Shown here: piece by piece, positions 28,717 to 36,444 of the stretch
Layout: the number at the start of each line of letters is the position of its first letter
Position numbering within the stretch: position 1 is the stretch's first letter
Assembly (NCBI GenBank): GCA_038871515.1
Contig: JAVZHX010000001.1
Span: 128,001-192,000 of the forward strand
Direction of reading: 5' to 3'
DNA: 64,000 nt
From: Candidatus Micrarchaeia archaeon
GTDB taxonomy: Archaea > Micrarchaeota > Micrarchaeia > Burarchaeales > Fermentimicrarchaeaceae
Notes under the pieces: model-generated
What the model was told of the DNA's origin: nothing
What the model saw: the letters and a program-made list of their open reading frames with translations, nothing else
Databases searched by the model: none
Made by a program: the position numbers and the translations under genes

Positions 28717-30624
28717 CTACTTCAGCCTTATCGCATCAAGGTTCATTGGAGCGCGTGATTCTATTCTTGTCATTCTGTTCACGCTTCTCGCCAAATCATC
28801 GCACTTGCTCTCATCCCCGTGAAGCGTGAATATTCTTTCTGGGTTGGGCTTCATGTGGCGTATGAAGTTTATCAGCTGATTTCTATCACTATGCCCTGAA
28901 AAGCCGTCAATTGTCTCAACCCTCATGTTCACCTTCACTGTTTCAAGCATTCCCTTCTCCCCAAGCACAGGTATCTCCTTCATCCCACTCTGTATTTTCC
29001 TCCCAAGCGAGAGGGCGCTCTGGTAGCCAACAAATATCAAAAGGTTTCTTGGGTCGTCCGCCATCATCTTGAAGTATTCAACAGAGGGACCTCCACTCAG
29101 CATTCCTGAGGGAGCGAGTATCACGCATGGGTCTCCCTCAACAATCTCCTTCCTGTTATTTTTCACAGACTCAAATATTTTTGATTCAAACGGGCTTTTG
29201 TTTGACAGAACCCTTCTCTGCACGCTCTGCCTTAAATACTCAGGATAAGCTGTGTGAATTGCTGATGCTTCAAGTATCATCCCGTCTATGTAGATTGGGC
29301 ATTCAAACGAGCCAGAGCTTTGCGCGTATTCCTCAAGCACCAGCATTATCTCCTGGGATCTCCCAACTGCAAAAACTGGTATGAGAACCTTGCCTTTATT
29401 CTGAATTGTCTCGTGAATAAGCTCCTTCAACCTGGTTTCCGCCTCCTGCCTCGGTGGCATCATATCGCTTCTTCCTCCATACGTGCTTTCTATGAAAAGC
29501 GTTTCTATTCTTGGGAAGGTTGTTGTTGCCTGGTCAAACAACCTTGTGAAACCATACTTTATATCACCTGTGAAAACAAGGTTGTGCAACCCATCTCCAA
29601 TATGGAGGTGCACCATCGCGCTTCCGAGTATGTGCCCAGCGTTGTGGAAGGTTAATTTTATTTCAGGTGTTATATCCGTTACCTCATCATACTGCCTTAC
29701 TATGCACATATTCAACATTTTCCTTACATCCTTTTCTGCGTAGGGAGCAGCCACTCCGTTTTTCTGCAGCACATTTATGTAATCAAACTGCAGCATCACC
29801 ATCAAATCCCTTGTAGGCGGAGTGCAATAGATTGGTCCATCATACCCATATGCGACAAGGTATGGAATGAAGCCTGAGTGGTCAAGATGGGCGTGGGTTA
29901 CTATAACCGCATCAAGCTCGTCAAGCGCAAGGTTCATCGCATTTAAGTATGGATATGCTCTTGTGGCTTCTGTTGTTTCAGCGTTCACCCCGCAGTCAAG
30001 CAGTATTTTGTCGTTTGAAGTTTGAAGAAGCAAGCATGTTCTTCCAACTTCCTTGAAGCCACCAAGAGCAGTCACCTTAACCCAATCGCTCTTCCCATTT
30101 CCAGTTGTTATTTTCTTTCCAACTGCGCTGAGGAACTTCTTTCTGAAATCAGATTCCTTGAAAAGAGAGTTTCTTATTCCTTTCACTGTTTCGGATGGCA
30201 TGGTGGGTGTTCTGAGTATTTTTGGAGCCCACCCAGTTTGCAGTATTATCGCTTTCAGGGTGGAGCCACCCTTCCCAATAACCAAACCTGGTTTCAGCGA
30301 GTCAATAATCACCTCGCAGAACTCAGGTGAGAACTTTATGTCAGTTATGCCTGCCTCCTGCGGCACTATCTCCTGTATTTTCTTAACTGCCTCATCCGGC
30401 GGAGTTAGATTGGAGGGGTCACTCCTCACAAGCACCCTCTTTCTCAAAACACCTGCGATTCTCTTTATCAAGTTTGGATCGGAGTAGAACGCCTCAATGT
30501 TTTTCAGATATATCGCTACGTCTGGCCCTTCATACTCTGCTTTTGTAATTGTGCAGCCAGCAGGCAATACAGGTTCTAGCTTCTTCTGTATATCGTTTAG
30601 GTTGTTCAAAAAAATCCGCCTCAA
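28717..30624 (-). CDS. fttA: aCPSF1/FttA beta-CASP ribonuclease
   Basis: Two KH domains, THAHLDH, AGHILGS, ESTYG, GFSGHSD. Confidence 0.95.
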   Translation of the reverse strand: MRRIFLNNLNDIQKKLEPVLPAGCTITKAEYEGPDVAIYLKNIEAFYSDPNLIKRIAGVLRKRVLVRSDPSNLTPPDEAVKKIQEIVPQEAGITDIKFSPEFCEVIIDSLKPGLVIGKGGSTLKAIILQTGWAPKILRTPTMPSETVKGIRNSLFKESDFRKKFLSAVGKKITTGNGKSDWVKVTALGGFKEVGRTCLLLQTSNDKILLDCGVNAETTEATRAYPYLNAMNLALDELDAVIVTHAHLDHSGFIPYLVAYGYDGPIYCTPPTRDLMVMLQFDYINVLQKNGVAAPYAEKDVRKMLNMCIVRQYDEVTDITPEIKLTFHNAGHILGSAMVHLHIGDGLHNLVFTGDIKYGFTRLFDQATTTFPRIETLFIESTYGGRSDMMPPRQEAETRLKELIHETIQNKGKVLIPVFAVGRSQEIMLVLEEYAQSSGSFECPIYIDGMILEASAIHTAYPEYLRQSVQRRVLSNKSPFESKIFESVKNNRKEIVEGDPCVILAPSGMLSGGPSVEYFKMMADDPRNLLIFVGYQSALSLGRKIQSGMKEIPVLGEKGMLETVKVNMRVETIDGFSGHSDRNQLINFIRHMKPNPERIFTLHGDESKCDDLARSVNRMTRIESRAPMNLDAIRLK

Positions 30625-30654
30625 TTAATGTATAAAGATGAATGCATTTGACAC

Positions 30655-31284
30655 TCACTCATGCTTTGATTCTAAAAGCTTCTTTATTGTCTCCTTATCG
30701 TATCTTTTAAACTCCTCTGCTCCTATGGAGACAAGGTCTATCCCATCCCCAGTTCCAACATCCCTTTTCATTGCTGCTGAAAGGGCTCTCAAAGCAAGCT
30801 TCAGGTTATCCTTAACTGGTTTGTTCTCCTCAAACGCATCCTCAAGCAACCCATATGCAACCGGCGAACCGCTTCCAGTTGAAACAAACCTCTCCTCAGT
30901 CACCCCTCCAATTGGGTCCAAGTTGAATATGCGTGGCTTCTCATCATAACCAGCAACAAGAATTTGAACTAGGAAGGGGAAGAATTTGTACTGGAACATT
31001 ATGTTTGAAAGCAGTGTTGTTGCTGCTCCAACGCTCATCGGCTTGCCGTAGCTCATCTTGTAGAGCTGAGCTTCATACTTCATATACCTCACAAGCGTTT
31101 GAGCATCCCCCACGCTTCCGGCAACTGTCACCCCAAGCGTGTCATCTATCTGAAATATTTTGTCAACCTCCCTGTTTGCTATGAAGTAGCCCATTGTTGC
31201 TCTCTTATCCGCAGCCAGAATCACTCCATCGCTACAAACCAAACCTACCGTTGTTGTTCCTTTCATTGTTTTAGTTTCCTCCAT
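30655..31284 (-). CDS. psmB: Proteasome beta subunit
   Basis: KG|TTTVGL, ADKRAT, STGSGS. Confidence 0.96.
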   Translation of the reverse strand: MEETKTMKGTTTVGLVCSDGVILAADKRATMGYFIANREVDKIFQIDDTLGVTVAGSVGDAQTLVRYMKYEAQLYKMSYGKPMSVGAATTLLSNIMFQYKFFPFLVQILVAGYDEKPRIFNLDPIGGVTEERFVSTGSGSPVAYGLLEDAFEENKPVKDNLKLALRALSAAMKRDVGTGDGIDLVSIGAEEFKRYDKETIKKLLESKHE

Positions 31285-31476
31285 TTTAACACCTAATGGT
31301 CGCAGAAAAAGCGAGTAATATTACTGCATACATATTTTTAAGCTTTCTGCTGCTCATGCCGTGGTGCATTAATTAGGGTAGGTTTCTAAAGATTCGTAAT
31401 TGAACCTTCAGTGGTTTAACCGCACAACCCTAAGAAAACTTCTAAAGCCCTTTACCTCAAGTTAAAGTTAGACTAC

Positions 31477-32157
31477 CTACTGCTCAAAGGAGTATTCCTC
31501 CACAACAATGAGTTTTTTCACCTCAGGGAGAAGCCTGTGAACAGAGCCTGCAAAACTGGATTTGTTTATCAGAAAATCCGCATCCTTTTTCACGTTTGGC
31601 GGGAAGGTGATGCTCAGAACTCCGTTTTCAAATTTTATACTCTCAGGTTTCAGAGCGAAGCTGTCCAGCAGTCCATTCACCTTTGAGTTAAAATCAGCTA
31701 GTTTCTCCTCAACTTTCACTTCATATACGACCTTCTCTCCTGCAAGAGGGTGGTTTAAGTCAACCATCACCCTCCCACCACTCACACTTTTAACAACTCC
31801 TCTCATCCCATCCAAATCCAAAAGTAAGCCGGGGAATGGCTCAATCTCCCTTTTCCTGAATTCCGAGATGGGCAGTATTCTCACTAGATTTGGGTTTCTC
31901 TCCCCAAACGCATCTGCTGGTTGAAGTTCAACTGTTTTCTGCTCCCCCGTGCTCATTTCCCTCAGAGCAGCATCAAGCCCCTTGACAACATGCTCTTTTC
32001 CAACAACTATGAGAACCGGCCCGTATTTTCTACTTTCCTCAAATATTCCCGCCTCCTTTGCTTTATCCGCGTCTGTTGTGTCAAAAATTTTACCAGTCAC
32101 GGCACTTCTACCCGTGTAGGTTATTTTTATGAAATCGCCGTCATTGAGTTTCTCCAT
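31477..32157 (-). CDS. FKBP-type peptidyl-prolyl isomerase (archaeal long form)
   Basis: IFDTT, AFGERNP, VDLNHPLAG. Confidence 0.92.
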   Translation of the reverse strand: MEKLNDGDFIKITYTGRSAVTGKIFDTTDADKAKEAGIFEESRKYGPVLIVVGKEHVVKGLDAALREMSTGEQKTVELQPADAFGERNPNLVRILPISEFRKREIEPFPGLLLDLDGMRGVVKSVSGGRVMVDLNHPLAGEKVVYEVKVEEKLADFNSKVNGLLDSFALKPESIKFENGVLSITFPPNVKKDADFLINKSSFAGSVHRLLPEVKKLIVVEEYSFEQ

Positions 32158-32203
32158 ACAAAAACCTCCAAGAATTTAATATTTGCTGTATAAATCCCTA
32201 TGT

Positions 32204-33394
32204 ATGGAGAGGGACACTTTAATAAAATTATTTGCGCTGCTGCTCATAGTGGCGTTTATACTGGAGATGTTTGCAGTTCGCTCATCAGTTACAACAAGCC
32301 CCACGGATTCGAGCAACGCCACGAAGGAGCAGTCGGTATACGGAGCGGGTAATGCAACAGCAACCCTTATTTCATATTCAGATTACCTCACAGTTTTCAA
32401 GTCAGGTGCGGATATTTCAAATAATTCAACTCTTGAGGAGTTGAAAAGAATAAACGGGGTTGGTTACATAAACCGCCATGAGGGAACGTTGGTTTTAGTC
32501 CTTGAATACGGCGCAAACGCATCCCAGATTGCAAGGGAAGTGAAGGAGAGGTTTCCGGATTTGAATGTAACCGCGAGGGCGCTTTTCTCCCTCCCGCCAG
32601 AGGTGAAGTTTGTTACGGCTATGGGGGAGAGAAACGTGAGTTTCAGCACTCTGATTTCAATTGAAATTGAACCTGAGTTCAATGTTGGGGAGAATGTCAC
32701 TCTTTCGCTTGTTGGGCTTGTGCGCGGAAATGTATTTGAGGGAACGCCAATTGCAAGGATAATTCCAACTGAAAGCGAAGTCGTTACAAAGGCAGTTGTG
32801 GATGGGGTTGGGGGGAGTTATTATGCAACTGTAATTCTTCCGTGGAGCAGCAGAAATATCAATGCAACAGAGTTGAGGGAGAGGTTATCAACTGGATTTG
32901 AAAATGTTACGGTTAATTACTTTCCCGACTCCTACGTTGTGGTGAAAGGGTTAAGCGGGAGAGAGGATGAGGTGGTTAAAGAGATATATAATCTAAGCTA
33001 TGTGGAGGAAGTTTATGGAGATGTGATTTATGTGAAGGATGAGTTCAACGACTCTGGGAGAGTTGAGATGGATTTGAAGGGGATTCTTGGGGAGAATATA
33101 ACGGTGGATTACCCGCTTTCCAAAGCAGGGGTTAGTTTTAACTCCTCAAACTTCAGCGAGGAGAATTTCAAGAAGCTTGCTGGAGGGGAAGTGGTGCTTT
33201 ACAGACAGATGTTTCTCAAAGTTGGGGAGAGGTTAGTTATTGAAGGGAGGGAGTACGAGATACCTGAGAACACAAGATTTGAGGTGATACTCCTCAACTC
33301 CTTTTCAGTGGGGGATGAGGTGACTGTTCAGCTCAGGGTTGCAACAGTTGGGAGAAGAGTTGTAAAAGTTGAGCTTGAAAGAATTGTTGGTTAA
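32204..33394 (+). CDS. Hypothetical membrane-anchored/secreted protein
   Basis: N-terminal hydrophobic helix; many N-X-S/T sequons. Confidence 0.6.
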   Translation: MERDTLIKLFALLLIVAFILEMFAVRSSVTTSPTDSSNATKEQSVYGAGNATATLISYSDYLTVFKSGADISNNSTLEELKRINGVGYINRHEGTLVLVLEYGANASQIAREVKERFPDLNVTARALFSLPPEVKFVTAMGERNVSFSTLISIEIEPEFNVGENVTLSLVGLVRGNVFEGTPIARIIPTESEVVTKAVVDGVGGSYYATVILPWSSRNINATELRERLSTGFENVTVNYFPDSYVVVKGLSGREDEVVKEIYNLSYVEEVYGDVIYVKDEFNDSGRVEMDLKGILGENITVDYPLSKAGVSFNSSNFSEENFKKLAGGEVVLYRQMFLKVGERLVIEGREYEIPENTRFEVILLNSFSVGDEVTVQLRVATVGRRVVKVELERIVG

Positions 33395-33424
33395 AGTTAA
33401 ATTAAAAGCGGTTGAATTTAAATT

Positions 33425-33931
33425 ATGAAAACTGGTTTCACTGTGCACCTTCTTTCAGGTTTTCTGCTTTTTCTTCTATTCACGATTCTCTTTGGAGCGC
33501 CTGGGTGGATGGCAGGAGTTGCATTCATAATTGGAGCGGTTCTCCCTGATTTGGACAGCCCTGTTTCAAAACCGCGCAGAGCTGCGAGATGGATTCTCCT
33601 TCTTGTTTTTCTCTCTCTTCTCCTGCTTTTTTACCCTTCCCTTGCAGAAGTATGCGCTGAGTTGAAGTTTGGTTGGTGCGGTTACCTTCCATTTCTTCTA
33701 ATTTTGTTTGTTTTTCTTGCAGTGGAAGTTGTTGATGCATTGATACCGGGGCATAGGGGTTTTCTACACACGTTGCCTGCAGCAGCGCTTTACGGATGCA
33801 TAGTTTCGTTTGCTGTGTTTTATTTTGGAGTGAATTTAGCTGGTTCAATCAGAGCTGGCGGATGGGCGTTTTTGGGGTATGCTTCCCACATCGCAGTTGA
33901 TTTGATTGGCGATGCAATTCCTTTTAAATAG
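33425..33931 (+). CDS. Membrane metal-dependent hydrolase (YdjM-like)
   Basis: H..., LPDLD, HRGFLH, SHIAVD in a multi-TM protein. Confidence 0.85.
   Translation: MKTGFTVHLLSGFLLFLLFTILFGAPGWMAGVAFIIGAVLPDLDSPVSKPRRAARWILLLVFLSLLLLFYPSLAEVCAELKFGWCGYLPFLLILFVFLAVEVVDALIPGHRGFLHTLPAAALYGCIVSFAVFYFGVNLAGSIRAGGWAFLGYASHIAVDLIGDAIPFK
33923..33930 (+). promoter_or_regulatory. Putative TATA box for the C/D sRNA
   Basis: TTTAAATA 21-28 nt upstream of 33951. Confidence 0.5.
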
Positions 33932-33950
33932 AAGATGAGCAATAGTAATC

Positions 33951-34010
33951 GGCAATGACGAGACCGTCCCAGAGGGATTAAAAGATGACCTTCGGAGTAG
34001 CTTCGGAGCC
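33951..34010 (+). ncRNA. Putative box C/D 2'-O-methylation guide sRNA (23S rRNA targets)
   Basis: Terminal stem GGC/GCC; C box ATGACGA (33955-61) and D box CGGA (34004-07) with a compensatory C:G change; D' GGGA or CAGA; C' AAGATGA; guides complementary to conserved LSU CUGGGGCGGU and AAGCUACUCCGGGG. Confidence 0.75.
33997..34010 (+). repeat. attL core, 14-bp direct repeat GTAGCTTCGGAGCC
   Basis: Identical copy at 41970-41983. Confidence 0.9.
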
Positions 34011-34080
34011 CTTTAAAATGTTATGCCTCAGTAATCCGAAACCACATCAATTAAAAAAGAAGCTGGGGATATGATGTGGT

Positions 34081-35280
34081 ATGTATGAAGATTATTGTGA
34101 AAGAAGGATGAGAAACATCAAGGCTCATTTGAATAATCCCAAACTCACAAAGCAAATGCAGAAAGAACTCAAGGAATTTATCGGGGAGTATTCAAGAGCA
34201 AGGAAACTCAGCATACCAACTCAGGAAAGTTATGTTAGGAGCCTGTCTTTTTTTGGGCAGTTTTTAGCTGATAAGCGATATTCATCATTCAAAGAGGCTA
34301 AAGTAGAGGATATCAAAGAATATCTAAAAGACCCATACCCAAGAAACCACATAGAGAAAAGCGATTCTGTTATTATCTGGCTGAAAAGCTCCCTGAAAAT
34401 ATTTTACAGATGGTTATTGCTTGGGAGAGTTGGAAAGAAGGATAAATATCCTGAGCTTGTTTCTTGGATTGAAATAGGCGTTGCAAGGGGAAGGAAGCTC
34501 ACGGATAAGGATATAATCTCACCAGAGGAGTTCAAGAAAATGCTTGACGCAACCAAGAACATCAGAAACAGAGCGATGCTTCAGCTTCTTTATGAAACGG
34601 GAATTAGGTTGGGAGAGCTGATGAGCATAAGAATTGAGGATGTTCATTTTGAGAATGACCGAAGTTATATCTACATAACAAGGAGCAAGACTGAACCCAG
34701 AACGATTTTCATTTTTGATTCTGTTGAGGATGTGAAAAGATGGCTTTCAATACATCCAAAGAAGGATGACCCAAAAGCGTATTTATTCACAAACGTGAAT
34801 GGAAAGAAAAACATCAGCATGAGCTACCAGAGTGTTTTGGAAACTATAAAGAGGATTGGTAGGAGAGCTTTGGGAAAGAAGGTTTGGGTTCATCTGTTCA
34901 GGCATAGCGCCGCAACCAACGACGCAAGGAGAGGCATGCCTGAGGATTTGATGCGCTTGAAGTATGGTTGGGGAAAGAACTCAAGGATGGTTGATAGATA
35001 TAGGCATAGGAATTATGAGGATGTGTTGAGATGGGAGGAAGGTAGAAGAGGTATTGGGGAAAAAGCAAAAGACGTTCAAGAAGCTAAGAAATGCTATCGG
35101 TGTGGCAAGCTGAACTCATGGAGCAATATTCTTTGCGATTCGTGTGGCATGTATCTGGATAAGCAAACATTTGAAAAAACTCTTGTGTTTGAGAATCTTG
35201 CATCAAAAACAATTGAGGAAATGCAGAGGAAAATTGCTGAACTTGAGGAGAAAATTGAGAAGCTGAATACTCAGAAATGA
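34081..35280 (+). CDS. Tyrosine integrase with C-terminal Zn ribbon
   Basis: YETGIRLGE (R), TRSKT (K), HLFRH, YGW, DRY (Tyr); CYRC..CDSC. Confidence 0.93.
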   Translation: MYEDYCERRMRNIKAHLNNPKLTKQMQKELKEFIGEYSRARKLSIPTQESYVRSLSFFGQFLADKRYSSFKEAKVEDIKEYLKDPYPRNHIEKSDSVIIWLKSSLKIFYRWLLLGRVGKKDKYPELVSWIEIGVARGRKLTDKDIISPEEFKKMLDATKNIRNRAMLQLLYETGIRLGELMSIRIEDVHFENDRSYIYITRSKTEPRTIFIFDSVEDVKRWLSIHPKKDDPKAYLFTNVNGKKNISMSYQSVLETIKRIGRRALGKKVWVHLFRHSAATNDARRGMPEDLMRLKYGWGKNSRMVDRYRHRNYEDVLRWEEGRRGIGEKAKDVQEAKKCYRCGKLNSWSNILCDSCGMYLDKQTFEKTLVFENLASKTIEEMQRKIAELEEKIEKLNTQK

Positions 35281-35284
35281 GTAA

Positions 35285-35803
35285 TTACTCATTTTTGGAT
35301 TTAAATGTTTTGAAAGGAGCAGGTAGCAACCCCAACTCAACATCTTTCTGAAAGAGTTTTTTGTCTTTTCTCAGCTCGTTTTTTGTTTTCTCCGCTCTTT
35401 CTACAAACTTTTTACGCACATGTTCAGGTAAAAACCAAACCATACCTTCTTTTTTGTTTTCAACTATCCTAACTCCAACCCATCCCAAACGATGCATAAC
35501 TTCTAAATTCCGTTTCAATCTTGGATATGATGGAATTTCCCAGCCTTTATTTTTCATTAATTTAGACGCTTCTTCATACTCTTTTTGCTCTATTAACTTT
35601 TGAATTTTTTTGTTTGATTTATAAAACCGATTGAATTTCCTTTTCACCATTCTGCCGTATAGTTCAAACGTGTTGAGAGCATAGGGAGAACTGAAAAGTT
35701 CTGTTAGAATCCTCCACTCTACCTCAGATAACATACTTAACGAGAATTCTAACTCTCCTTGTTTGTGAAGTTCTTCTCTTTTCTGAGCTTCATCAACCAA
35801 CAT
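35285..35803 (-). CDS. Hypothetical protein, possible winged-helix regulator
   Basis: PSYPRLKRNLEVMHRLGWV..VWFL. Confidence 0.5.
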   Translation of the reverse strand: MLVDEAQKREELHKQGELEFSLSMLSEVEWRILTELFSSPYALNTFELYGRMVKRKFNRFYKSNKKIQKLIEQKEYEEASKLMKNKGWEIPSYPRLKRNLEVMHRLGWVGVRIVENKKEGMVWFLPEHVRKKFVERAEKTKNELRKDKKLFQKDVELGLLPAPFKTFKSKNE

Positions 35804-35900
35804 AAACCTCTGACAATCATTATCAACCGAAAAGTATATAAATATGTAGGTTCTAATATATTTTTGTTTACTATGGTTGATGTTCGTGGAGGTTGGTTTG

Positions 35901-36041
35901 ATGGAAAAAAAAGTTGAATCTCACATGGTTTCACTCCCGTCGGAGATGTGGAAGATGCTCCAAGAAAGAAAAAGGATTATGGGAGTTCCCGTTTCTCAGC
36001 AAATTAGAATTGCACTTGAAAAGGTGCTTGAGTATGGATGA
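35901..36041 (+). CDS. Ribbon-helix-helix (CopG-like) protein, 46 aa (not in ORF track)
   Basis: Manual translation MEKKVESHMVSLPSEMWKMLQERKRIMGVPVSQQIRIALEKVLEYG; GGAGG SD upstream. Confidence 0.7.
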   Translation: MEKKVESHMVSLPSEMWKMLQERKRIMGVPVSQQIRIALEKVLEYG

Positions 36042-36198
36042 GAAGTTAATTCAGGAGTGGAAACAAGCGATTTCCTCCGTCGGGGGAGTTGGGAAGTTTG
36101 AGAAGGATGTACTTCCCCTTTGCTCACATTCGGTTAGAGTTTGCTGGGAGAGAATTGTGAAAGCCCAGCTCAACAGCGAGGTGAAAGCCCAAGTATGA
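36034..36198 (+). CDS. Small hypothetical protein
   Basis: ATG overlaps the end of the RHH gene; 54 aa. Confidence 0.45.
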   Translation: MDEKLIQEWKQAISSVGGVGKFEKDVLPLCSHSVRVCWERIVKAQLNSEVKAQV

Positions 36199-36247
36199 TA
36201 AAAAGGGGGCGGGCCTCCATCCCAACCCCTTAAAGGAGGTGATGTAT

Positions 36248-36439
36248 ATGGAAAAAATAACACAAAATCCCTTATTAAATTTTTGTAAATCGGAAAATAA
36301 GAGAAGAAAACCAGACGTGAAGGGCTCTATCTCCGTCGCTGGCTGGTTTGAGGAAACGAAGGATGGCAAGCGCTATCTCAATTTGCGCATCGGCGATTCG
36401 CTCTATGTGAGGCTGTTTCCATCCGAAGAGGGGAGGTGA
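36248..36439 (+). CDS. DUF736-like small protein (possible ssDNA binding)
   Basis: KPDVKGSI..AGW..KDGKRYLNL pattern; GGAGGTGA SD. Confidence 0.55.
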   Translation: MEKITQNPLLNFCKSENKRRKPDVKGSISVAGWFEETKDGKRYLNLRIGDSLYVRLFPSEEGR

Positions 36440-36444
36440 GATGA

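Noticed and set aside
34081..35280. SSV1-type split integrase
   Set aside because: The integrase is intact and both att copies lie outside its reading frame.
35873..35916. A8 run as a possible programmed frameshift or phase-variation site
   Set aside because: An SD-preceded ATG at 35901 reads through the run in frame into the RHH gene, so no frameshift is needed.
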